Part shown: one piece after another, positions 51,208 through 60,083 of the stretch
How positions within the stretch are numbered: the stretch's first letter is position 1
Layout: each line of letters starts with the position of its first letter
From: Bacteroidales bacterium UBA5429
GTDB taxonomy: Bacteria > Bacteroidota > Bacteroidia > Bacteroidales > WCHB1-69
Direction: 5' to 3'
Assembly (NCBI GenBank): GCA_002427605.1
Contig: DIRT01000019.1
Location: 7,214-71,213, forward strand
DNA: 64,000 nt
The notes under the pieces: model-generated
Databases searched by the model: none
Seen by the model: the letters and a program-made list of their open reading frames with translations, nothing else
What the model was told of the DNA's origin: nothing
Position numbers and translations under genes: made by a program

Positions 51208-52209
51208 ATGACAAAAGAGGCGATTTTTGAGATTAATAGTTCTGAAGCATTTTTAGAAGCTGCTTTGGAACTATTTGTGTATCAGTACGATAATAATGCG
51301 GTTTATGGTGAATTTTGTCGTAGAATAGGCTTGCATGATCCGAAAAGGGTACAGCGGTTAGATCAGATTCCGTTCCTGCCGATCTCTTTTTTTAAGACCC
51401 ATAAAATCAGAACCGGGACTTTTGATCCGGAAATGGTTTTTGTGAGTAGCGGTACCACCGGAACCGGTGATTCTCAGCACTTTATCCGTTCTCTCAAACT
51501 TTATGAGGATGCTTTCAATCACTCTTTTGCCCATTTTTACGGGGATCCTTCGGAGTACACGATACTGGCGTTGCTGCCGCACTACTTGGAGCGTCAAAAC
51601 TCTTCTCTGCTCTACATGATGGATTACCTAATTCGCCATTCTGAGTCCCCTCACAGCGGATTTTATCTCTATAATCATCAGGATCTGTTTTATCATTTGG
51701 AAATGTTAAAAAAGGGGGCAGGAAAAGTATTGCTTTTCGGAGTTACCTTCGCCCTGCTCGATTTTGAAGAGCACTATGCACTCGATTATCCTGACCTGAT
51801 TGTTATGGAAACGGGCGGAATGAAAGGAATGCGCACTGAATTGGTGAAAGAGGAGGTGCATGCACGACTCAAAAAAGGGTTTGGTGTGGAAAAAATCCAT
51901 TCCGAGTACGGCATGTGTGAACTGACCTCTCAGGCGTATAGTCTGGGGGATAACCTCTTTCAGACTCCCCCCTGGATGAAAATGATCGTCCGGGATCAGA
52001 AAGAACCGCTCCCATCACGCGAAACGGACGCTGTTGAAAGAGTGGAACCCACTACAGGCGTAATCAATATTATCGATTTAGCCAATCGCGATTCCTGTGC
52101 TTTTATTGCGACTGAAGATTTGGGTAGAAGAACTCCTGAGGGCGCTATTGAGCTGTTAGGTCGTGCAGATTACACCCAGGTGAGAGGATGCAATCTGCTG
52201 GTGATTTAA
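51208..52209 (+). CDS. LuxE-like acyl-protein synthetase / acyl transferase
   Basis: IPFLPISFFK, FVSSGTTG, METGGMKG, SEYGMCEL.SQAY, TEDLG, RGCNLL. Confidence 0.85.
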   Translation: MTKEAIFEINSSEAFLEAALELFVYQYDNNAVYGEFCRRIGLHDPKRVQRLDQIPFLPISFFKTHKIRTGTFDPEMVFVSSGTTGTGDSQHFIRSLKLYEDAFNHSFAHFYGDPSEYTILALLPHYLERQNSSLLYMMDYLIRHSESPHSGFYLYNHQDLFYHLEMLKKGAGKVLLFGVTFALLDFEEHYALDYPDLIVMETGGMKGMRTELVKEEVHARLKKGFGVEKIHSEYGMCELTSQAYSLGDNLFQTPPWMKMIVRDQKEPLPSRETDAVERVEPTTGVINIIDLANRDSCAFIATEDLGRRTPEGAIELLGRADYTQVRGCNLLVI

Positions 52210-52228
52210 ATTGTTCCTTCCTCGTTAA

Positions 52229-53605
52229 TTAGAAGGAGTATTTTGCTTTGATGACAAACATATCATAATCCTGGATGGCACTGAACATTCCTGCTCCTTT
52301 CCCTTTCATCCATATATAAGAGAGCGTGATAGCCACCTCCGGAATCGGATTGTAGATTATTTCAGGCATATAAACGAGGGAGTAGTTCTCTTTGACTTCT
52401 TTCCAGTTATTGACAATGAAAGCGCCACTTAAAGGCACTACGGATAGTTTGCCGTCAAAGAAAGGATGATTATACTGCACAAAGAAGTAATCGTTCAATT
52501 CTCCCTGTCCTCTTTCATGGAAGAACCCGTGCATCCATTGAAGGTTAATGTAGCCACCTTTGGGAAAATGGTAGTCTGTTCCCAAAATCCATTTCACATA
52601 AGGCTCATTTTTACCTATGACCAAAGAGTCGGTTATGGTGGGATCCATAGTAGGCACAATATTCCTCACGATAGTCTTGACATAGAGGTCTTTATCCAGT
52701 TTGGTGATGGCTGCCTCTCCCCAGAAACCCATTCCCCCAATATTGGTCGAGAAGTCAAGCCCAAAGACATGATGTCGAATAAAGGAGAGTTGGGCTTCTA
52801 CATCGATATAGGTGTACCAAGGATAGATGTTAATCCCGGGAGTTACATCCACTTGCGTTAATTCGGGGATTCCATTGACTCCGTACAGATAGCTGGCTGA
52901 GAAATCAATACCTTTGATGTGTCCTTTGAGTCTGAACCCGAGTGTGGATTGATCTTTAAACCTGAAAGCGGGCTGATTGAGATGAATATTGAGCGAGTTC
53001 AATGTAACATCTTCAGGCACTTCAAATTCAGGCATAAGCGCATTGGCGAATACTCCTGCCGGCAGGTTGACCGGTTGGAAAAAGGGCATCCAGACCCCTT
53101 GAATAGAAAAATCGCCTTTGAAATAGTAGGTCAGGTTCACCGCATCCGATCCTCGATGGCGTCCCATATCGAAAATATCCTCAACATCTAAGGGATTGAG
53201 ATTATCGGTGGGGTTCATTTTATCGGCAGTACCCCACGCAATACGTTGTCTCCCTATTTTGAGATCCAGATTTTCGAAAAGGAAATCATCCACCTGAAAG
53301 TAGGCTTCTCTCAGCTGAATATTGAACGGGTCAATTTTCTCATTATTAAAGAGAGAACCCATTTCATTATATTTCGGGACACCGAAATTACGAGCCCAGA
53401 GGTTAGCGTAGAATTTCCCACGGTTCACCTTTTTTTCCAATTTGAGGTCTAATCGTGTTTCATTCCATATCCAACCACTATCCACACTGGTTGTTACACG
53501 CTGGTCTGTGGAAATTGTCCCGTAAATTTTTAAAGCAGACTCCTCCTGTGCTTTACCAAGCAGGTAGAGGAGGAGTAAACTGCTTATGAAAATCCATTTT
53601 TTCAT
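52229..53605 (-). CDS. Outer-membrane beta-barrel protein (DUF1302-like)
   Basis: Signal peptide, LREAY...IGRQRIAWG.AD..NPTD, C-terminal KYSF. Confidence 0.75.
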   Translation of the reverse strand: MKKWIFISSLLLLYLLGKAQEESALKIYGTISTDQRVTTSVDSGWIWNETRLDLKLEKKVNRGKFYANLWARNFGVPKYNEMGSLFNNEKIDPFNIQLREAYFQVDDFLFENLDLKIGRQRIAWGTADKMNPTDNLNPLDVEDIFDMGRHRGSDAVNLTYYFKGDFSIQGVWMPFFQPVNLPAGVFANALMPEFEVPEDVTLNSLNIHLNQPAFRFKDQSTLGFRLKGHIKGIDFSASYLYGVNGIPELTQVDVTPGINIYPWYTYIDVEAQLSFIRHHVFGLDFSTNIGGMGFWGEAAITKLDKDLYVKTIVRNIVPTMDPTITDSLVIGKNEPYVKWILGTDYHFPKGGYINLQWMHGFFHERGQGELNDYFFVQYNHPFFDGKLSVVPLSGAFIVNNWKEVKENYSLVYMPEIIYNPIPEVAITLSYIWMKGKGAGMFSAIQDYDMFVIKAKYSF

Positions 53606-53606
53606 C

Positions 53607-54338
53607 TTAATTGATTAATTTTCTGATTGTAAATTCATCATCTGACAACCCTTGATCATACTTAGGTTGAATCATTTGGATCTGAGTTTTGCTTCCTTTT
53701 TTGAGGTCAAACATGGTAATTTCAGATGCTGACCAATATTTTCCCACTTTTGCAAATGTATAGGTGGTTTCTTTGATTTTTTCATTTTTTTGATCATAAA
53801 AATCAGTAGAAATAGGATAATACTCAGTTTTATGAATTTTGGCTATAATTTTGGAATATGCACTTTTTGTTTTAGGAGTGAGCTCAAGAACATAATATTT
53901 GTCAGTAGTTTCAATCAGTTTGGCATTGTATTTATCACTGAATGGTTGTGCTTGCATATCATCGTAGGAGAAGTCTGTGCCGGCAAATTTTTGTGATTTT
54001 ACACTACTGGAGATGCGTCGTTCTTTTCCAAAAGAGGGTAGATAGATGTACATCACATCATTAGGAAGTGAAAGCATGGCAATACCTGCCTGGGATGCGG
54101 GTGAAGTGAATCGGAATAATCTCATTTCTTGTCCTTTTTGAATAACAGTAGATTCCCGAACCTCCTGTTTCCCGCTTTTAGAAGTGATGATAATCTTGTT
54201 TTTAGCTGAAAGGTCTTTAGCTGAAAACATCACTTGATCTAATTTTTTTAAAATTTCTGTTCCGGTTTGGGCATATCCTTGATATCCCAAGCCTAAGCTA
54301 AATAAAATAGCTAATAGAATGGCTGTTGTTTTTTTCAT
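53607..54338 (-). CDS. Outer-membrane lipoprotein-sorting (LolA-like) protein
   Basis: F.SPA...G...L, YLPS..K.RRI, FAGTDFSYDDM. Confidence 0.85.
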   Translation of the reverse strand: MKKTTAILLAILFSLGLGYQGYAQTGTEILKKLDQVMFSAKDLSAKNKIIITSKSGKQEVRESTVIQKGQEMRLFRFTSPASQAGIAMLSLPNDVMYIYLPSFGKERRISSSVKSQKFAGTDFSYDDMQAQPFSDKYNAKLIETTDKYYVLELTPKTKSAYSKIIAKIHKTEYYPISTDFYDQKNEKIKETTYTFAKVGKYWSASEITMFDLKKGSKTQIQMIQPKYDQGLSDDEFTIRKLIN

Positions 54339-54372
54339 AGTTTTGTTTTTTTTATTGTTTTCAATTTTCAAT

Positions 54373-56616
54373 TTATTCTAAGCCTTTGAGACGGCGTCTT
54401 TTAAATCTCATGTTAATCAGTACCGGTAGTAGTGTCAGTGCTCCAATAGATGAGAAGAGCATCGAGAGGGCGATTAACAAGCCCATATAACGCATAGGAA
54501 TCAGATGCGAGAAGATCAAAATACTAAATCCGACACCCACGGAGATCGCATTGATTAGAATCGATTTTCCGATAATCAGGATTGAACTTTCAGTTGCTTT
54601 ACCAATGTCTCCGGTCTCTTTATAATAGTAGTTGAAGGCGTTCATGGTGTGGATAGAGTAGTCGATACCGATTCCCAGTACAATGCTGGCAACTGAAACG
54701 GTGGCAACATCCAGAGCAATACCGGTAAAGCCCATAAATCCAAAAACAGTGACCACGGTAGCCAGAATCGGTGTGATTCCCATAACTCCGTAAAGTAGCG
54801 ATTTCAAAGAGATGGTTACCAGCAACAGAACCAGCACGATAGCGATTTCAAGACTGCCTAACTGACTCTTTAACAAGCTTTTATCCATGTTGACGTAAAC
54901 GGAAGGTATTCCACTTATTTCAATTTGGCAATCTTCGGTTTGATGTTCCGCGATATATTGTTCCATATCCTCAATAAACTCCTGAGTATCTATTGTGCTA
55001 ATGGAAGCAAAACGGGTTTGAATCAGCGCTTCATCGAGATCATCAGATACCAGTTGTCCCATTATTTCTTGTCCTTCCAGTAAAAACCAAAGCTGCTCAA
55101 TTTTAGCCCGATCATCCGGGATTTGTACACCCTCACCCATGGCATCGTTCATCTGTTCAACCAAATCAACAACGGAAGTGATGTTGGAGATATAGGGGTT
55201 CTTTTTCATAAATAGCGCACATTCTTTCATTTTGTGTAGAAATTCCGGATCCTGAACATCACCTTTAAAGCGAACAAAGACCGGTGCAGAGCCTCCAAAA
55301 TGATCTTGCAGCGTTTCCTCAGCTAAACGAGTTTCACTCTTTTTGGGGAAGAAAGAGGCTAAGTTGGTGCTTCGGTTAATCAGAAATGTACCTACAATAC
55401 CAAGTACTACGATGGCGCCCCACGTTGCGAGTATATACTTAGGATGTTTCACTACCAGTTTGCTGATAGGTTGGAGTACATAGCGGTTGAGTAGCGGACT
55501 TTCACTTTTTGTTTTTTTCTTCTTTGGAGGAGCAAAAGAGAGGACTGCCGGAACAAAGGTGAGTGCGAGCAGGAAGGAGAAGAATGTTCCTACAGCGGCG
55601 AAAATCCCAAAATCCTTAATCATAGTCAGATAGGAACCAAAAATGAAAGAAATAAAACCAAATACAGTAGTTAGTGAGGAGAGAAATACGGGAACGATGA
55701 GGTAACGGAGTGACTTCACAATACCGGCATGGTAATCCTCCTGCTGATTTTCAGTAACATGGTTGATAACGTGGATAGCGTAAGCACATCCTACGGCAAA
55801 CAGCACTACAGGAATGATTCCTCCAATCATGGTAATGTTGTATCCCAGAATCGACATCAGCCCCAAGGTCCAGGTAATCGCAATACCCACGGAAATGAGT
55901 GGTAGAATCCCCCCCCTAATAGATTTAAAACTTAAAAAGAGAATAATTAAAAGGACCAAAAAGACGGTGGGAATGAGCCAAAGCATATCTTTAAAAATGA
56001 TATCGGACAGCTCCATCATCATCATCGGAAGTCCTCCGTAAAGAATCTCCTGATCCAATTGCAGTGCGTTAATCTCTTCTCGAATAACATTTCCCACCTC
56101 CTCCTGATTGACATCAGCAGACATGGTAAATACAATAATTGTAGCTTTATGGTCGGTTGAAACGATCGCACCCTGATACATTTCTTGCTCTTCAACGCGT
56201 TTTTTAAGAGCCTTGAGTTGTTCATCGCTGTAGGGTAGCAGATCAGTATCAACCAGGTGTCCCACTTCAATACCATACTCATCGGAATGGATGTCGATAA
56301 CGTTTGTTAAACTGTTAACACTCTCAATTCCATCACTGTTTTGGATTAGTTCAGTAATCGTATTAATATCTGATAAAGTACGGTTGGAGTAAAGGGAATC
56401 ACTTTTAATAATCACCACACCCATGGCACTTCCCTGATACTTTTCTCCAATCTCCTTGTAAAGTACGGCAGCAGGATCATCCTCCGGTAAAGAATTGATA
56501 ATATCAGAGTTAATTTTGAGGTCCATCATCTTTATTCCCATAAAAACGGTGATGGCAGCAATAATTAGAATGACCAGGTTTCTAAATTGGATAATAAATT
56601 TTGATACTTTGTTCAT
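54373..56616 (-). CDS. MMPL/RND family transporter
   Basis: Two-repeat 12-TM topology, YAIH and GIGIDYSIH motifs. Confidence 0.9.
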   Translation of the reverse strand: MNKVSKFIIQFRNLVILIIAAITVFMGIKMMDLKINSDIINSLPEDDPAAVLYKEIGEKYQGSAMGVVIIKSDSLYSNRTLSDINTITELIQNSDGIESVNSLTNVIDIHSDEYGIEVGHLVDTDLLPYSDEQLKALKKRVEEQEMYQGAIVSTDHKATIIVFTMSADVNQEEVGNVIREEINALQLDQEILYGGLPMMMMELSDIIFKDMLWLIPTVFLVLLIILFLSFKSIRGGILPLISVGIAITWTLGLMSILGYNITMIGGIIPVVLFAVGCAYAIHVINHVTENQQEDYHAGIVKSLRYLIVPVFLSSLTTVFGFISFIFGSYLTMIKDFGIFAAVGTFFSFLLALTFVPAVLSFAPPKKKKTKSESPLLNRYVLQPISKLVVKHPKYILATWGAIVVLGIVGTFLINRSTNLASFFPKKSETRLAEETLQDHFGGSAPVFVRFKGDVQDPEFLHKMKECALFMKKNPYISNITSVVDLVEQMNDAMGEGVQIPDDRAKIEQLWFLLEGQEIMGQLVSDDLDEALIQTRFASISTIDTQEFIEDMEQYIAEHQTEDCQIEISGIPSVYVNMDKSLLKSQLGSLEIAIVLVLLLVTISLKSLLYGVMGITPILATVVTVFGFMGFTGIALDVATVSVASIVLGIGIDYSIHTMNAFNYYYKETGDIGKATESSILIIGKSILINAISVGVGFSILIFSHLIPMRYMGLLIALSMLFSSIGALTLLPVLINMRFKRRRLKGLE

Positions 56617-56734
56617 GTTAGTAGTAGTTTTTTCTGTTTTTTCTTTCTGTTTTTATACTTTTTATACTTTTGTTGTTTTTAAGTCAGTTTATAAGTCAAA
56701 AAAATGGGTTAAAATAATCATTTCATTAATTTTT

Positions 56735-57313
56735 TTAAGGTCTGATACCTTTGATGAGAATTTCAATCAGGTCATCAAAGTGAGGGGCAAATTCTTCAAA
56801 TCTATTTTGTACGAAGAATGATATTTCTGTATTTTTTGAGATGAGAAAGAATACTTCCACAGCCATATTTAAATTTAATTTAGGGTCAACGGCTCCTTCC
56901 TCGATTCCTTTTTGGACTATATTCTTAAAAAAATTCTTTTCCCACAATGAAAATTGAGTTCTTACATCATCCAGGAAAGCAAAGCGTTCATTCAGGTCAG
57001 CTTTCAGCGTTTCATGATATATTTCCGCTTTAGCCAGCAACTCCATCCGATTTTTTAAGTAGTAAAAAATCAATCTGTCATTGGGACCACTGTGTTCTTT
57101 GACAACTTCCATCAAACCCGATTTAACACCATCCAATTCTCGCGAAAGTACCTCTTTAAAGAGATCCTCTTTGCTTCTAAAGTGGTAATAGAGAGAGCCT
57201 TTTGCTTTTCTTGCAACTTTCGCAACTTCATCCATGGAAGTTTTGTAAAAGCCATACTTGGCAAAAAGAGTTCCTGCAACCTGAACGATGGTATCTTTCG
57301 TACTTTGTTTCAT
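56735..57313 (-). CDS. TetR/AcrR family transcriptional regulator
   Basis: LFAKYGFYKTSMDEVA...KGSLYYHFRSKEDLF; start after the promoter box at 57351-57358. Confidence 0.93.
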   Translation of the reverse strand: MKQSTKDTIVQVAGTLFAKYGFYKTSMDEVAKVARKAKGSLYYHFRSKEDLFKEVLSRELDGVKSGLMEVVKEHSGPNDRLIFYYLKNRMELLAKAEIYHETLKADLNERFAFLDDVRTQFSLWEKNFFKNIVQKGIEEGAVDPKLNLNMAVEVFFLISKNTEISFFVQNRFEEFAPHFDDLIEILIKGIRP

Positions 57314-57611
57314 TGTATTTGTCTTTTTATACTGTATTCGTTTTATGGTACAAAAGTAATACAATAAACGCTCAAATTATTCATTTATTTATTAAAAAAA
57401 GTTAATTTTTTTTCAACAGATCATTTATTTCCCATTTTTTGGTTTATTATCTTGATTTTTTGGGAGTTATAATCAAGGGAGGAAGGAAAATTATTTTTCA
57501 CCGGAAAAATTTCGCTTAATAAAATTATTTTTTTTACAATTGTGTAATCAAAATAATGTATCTTTGCTCGTTCTATTTAGACCTCTTAGGTTGACATAAT
57601 ATGATACATAT

Positions 57612-59852
57612 ATGAGCAATACTAAAAAATTCGGAACTTCCGCAGTTTACTTTACCGCTCTTTCAACTATTGTTGGGGCTATTGTTTTTTTACGTTTTGG
57701 ATATGCTGTAGGTTCTGTGGGTTTATGGGGAGCATTCATTTTGATTATCATCGGTCATTTGGTGACGATTCCCACGGCATTGGCAATATCTGAACTGGCA
57801 ACCAATAAACGAGTGGAGGGAGGAGGAGAATATTTTATCATTTCCCGTTCATTCGGGCTCAATATCGGTGCAACTTTAGGAATATTGCTCTATTTTTCTC
57901 AAACCATCAGCGTCGCTTTCTATATTGTAGCTTTCACGGAAGCATTTGATTTTCTGTTCAATTATCTTTACCTCAACTTCAATTTTGTTTTACCCAAGCA
58001 GGTAATCAGTATTCCCGTCATGCTCTTACTGTCGGTTTTAGTTCTAAAAAAAGGGGCCAATGTAGGCTTGAAAGTATTGTACGTTGCGGGTGCTCTTGTT
58101 TTAATTGCGCTGCTTATGTTTTTCTTTGGGTCTCCTGTGGATGGTGGAGAAATTGATTATTTCAGTGCCAATGTTTCTTTAAAAAATAGTGGAAATTTAT
58201 TTTTAGTTTTCGCCATTATTTTTCCAGCCTTTACGGGAATTACTGCCGGAGTAGGGCTTTCAGGTGATCTGAAAAATCCGGGGAAATCGATTCCTCTCGG
58301 TACCACTGCTGCAACCTTTACCGGGTTGATTTTATATTTGTTGATTTGTTTAAAATTTGCTAATTCTGCACTACCGGAAGATTTGTTAAATCACCAACTC
58401 ATCATGTCTGATATAGCGATTGGCGGTAAGATTCTCATTCCGCTTGGTTTGGCTGCCTGCACCTTTACGTCGGCGTTAAGTTCCATAATGGTAGGACCGC
58501 GAACACTGCAAGCGCTGGCTTTGGACGACTCTATTCCGTTTAAAAGTACCAATAAATGGCTGAGTCAAATCCGGAAAAAGGACAATGAACCGGTAAACGC
58601 CTCTCTGGTTACTTGTCTGATAGCACTCATTTTTGTTGCATTCGGAAGTGTCGATTCGGTAGCGCAGATTATCTCTATGTTCTTTTTGGTTACTTACGGT
58701 AGTCTCTGTTTGATCTCCTTTTTACACCACTTTGGTTCTTCTCCTGCGTACAGACCCACATTTAAGTCGAAATGGTATATCTCTTTTGCCGGATTTGTTA
58801 TTTCAGTATGGGCTATGTTTCAAATCAGTGTTCTCTACACATTGATAGCCTACACAGCAATAGTGGGATTATATATTTACATGGGACACTATCACAGTGA
58901 TAGAAAAGGTTTTTCAGCCATATTTGCCAATACTCTTTTTCAAGTCAACAGAGGCTTGCAAATTTATCTTCAAAATAAGAGAAAGAGAACTCCATCTGAT
59001 GGACAAACTGAAACGGAAGAGGATTGGCGTCCCAGTGCTATCTGTATTTCGAGAAACACCTTTAAACGAGACTCTGCACTTAAACTACTCAACTGGATCT
59101 CTTATAAGTATGGATTTGGTACTTATCTGCACTTGATTGATGGTTATTACTCCAAAAAGACTAATGAACAGGCCAATGAGGCGCTGGAACGCTTGTTGAG
59201 CAATCTGGACACATCCAATCAGGTTTATGTGGATACATTGATTTCTCCATCCACTACATCGGCTATTTCGCAATCGATTCAAACTCCCGGGATTGCGGGT
59301 ATGGAGAATAATATGGTGATTTTTGAGTTTATGAAGAGCGAGCCGGAGGATGAATTACACGATATCATAGCTAATTTCCGTATGGTTAATGCGGGAGGAT
59401 TTGATGTTTGTATTTTAGGTACCAGCCGCAAACCTATTTTGTACAAAAACGGGATTCATATTTGGGTGCATCGATTTGATGCTGCAAACACCAATTTAAT
59501 GATTTTACTTGGTTTTATTATCATGGGACACCCCAGCTGGAGAAAAGCAAATATCAAAATATTCAATGTTTGTTTAGCACATGAAATGGAAGAAGTAAAA
59601 AAACAAATGCAGGAATTGATCCGGAGCGGAAGGATGCCTATTACTGAAACCAATATTGAAATTATTGAAAGAGATGAATCTGTTTCTGTGAAGGAAATTA
59701 TCAACAATAGATCATTGGATGCCGGAGTAACCATGATAGGTTTCAATGCCAATGCTTTCAGAAAAGAGGGAGATCTTTCTCTATTCGAAGGCTATGGTGA
59801 GATTGGCAATGTTCTCTTTGTACACGCCAACAGCCAAAAAACGATCAGCTAA
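57612..59852 (+). CDS. APC-superfamily permease, SLC12/cation-chloride cotransporter-like
   Basis: GAIVFLR, SELATN...GGGEYFIISRSFG, FPAFTGI.AG...SGDLKNP..SIP.GT, WRP at the start of the cytosolic domain. Confidence 0.88.
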   Translation: MSNTKKFGTSAVYFTALSTIVGAIVFLRFGYAVGSVGLWGAFILIIIGHLVTIPTALAISELATNKRVEGGGEYFIISRSFGLNIGATLGILLYFSQTISVAFYIVAFTEAFDFLFNYLYLNFNFVLPKQVISIPVMLLLSVLVLKKGANVGLKVLYVAGALVLIALLMFFFGSPVDGGEIDYFSANVSLKNSGNLFLVFAIIFPAFTGITAGVGLSGDLKNPGKSIPLGTTAATFTGLILYLLICLKFANSALPEDLLNHQLIMSDIAIGGKILIPLGLAACTFTSALSSIMVGPRTLQALALDDSIPFKSTNKWLSQIRKKDNEPVNASLVTCLIALIFVAFGSVDSVAQIISMFFLVTYGSLCLISFLHHFGSSPAYRPTFKSKWYISFAGFVISVWAMFQISVLYTLIAYTAIVGLYIYMGHYHSDRKGFSAIFANTLFQVNRGLQIYLQNKRKRTPSDGQTETEEDWRPSAICISRNTFKRDSALKLLNWISYKYGFGTYLHLIDGYYSKKTNEQANEALERLLSNLDTSNQVYVDTLISPSTTSAISQSIQTPGIAGMENNMVIFEFMKSEPEDELHDIIANFRMVNAGGFDVCILGTSRKPILYKNGIHIWVHRFDAANTNLMILLGFIIMGHPSWRKANIKIFNVCLAHEMEEVKKQMQELIRSGRMPITETNIEIIERDESVSVKEIINNRSLDAGVTMIGFNANAFRKEGDLSLFEGYGEIGNVLFVHANSQKTIS

Positions 59853-59856
59853 ACTT

Positions 59857-60080
59857 GAAGGTAGAAGGTAGAAGGTAGAAGGAATCCAATTGATCACAAT
59901 TTCTCCAAAAGGCGTAATATTCTAGAGTGGGGTGATAGATTAGGGTAAAAGGAAAGCCTTGTCTGCCCCCCAATTATTTAAAATACCAAATAAGAAGTAT
60001 GAAATAAGAAGTAAGACATTGCTGTAAAGACGCAATGCTTTGCGTCTCTGATATAAAACGTCATTCCGAAATACGAAATG
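59857..60080 (+). repeat. Composite intergenic element D
   Basis: (GAAGGTA)3, CCAATTGATC, 48-bp core at 59924-59971, AAATACCAAATAAGAAG...AAGAAGTAAGACATTGCTGTAA tail shared with element B, REP at 60024-60050. Confidence 0.88.
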
Positions 60081-60083
60081 GGT

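Noticed and set aside
51208-52209. Bioluminescence (lux) operon
   Set aside because: Only a LuxE-like gene is present, without luxAB, luxC or luxD; such solo genes are common in Bacteroidetes.
9659-59971. 48-bp motif as a CRISPR-like repeat-spacer-repeat unit
   Set aside because: Copies are dispersed, the two arms differ from each other, and the 30-nt middles are mutually homologous rather than unique spacers.
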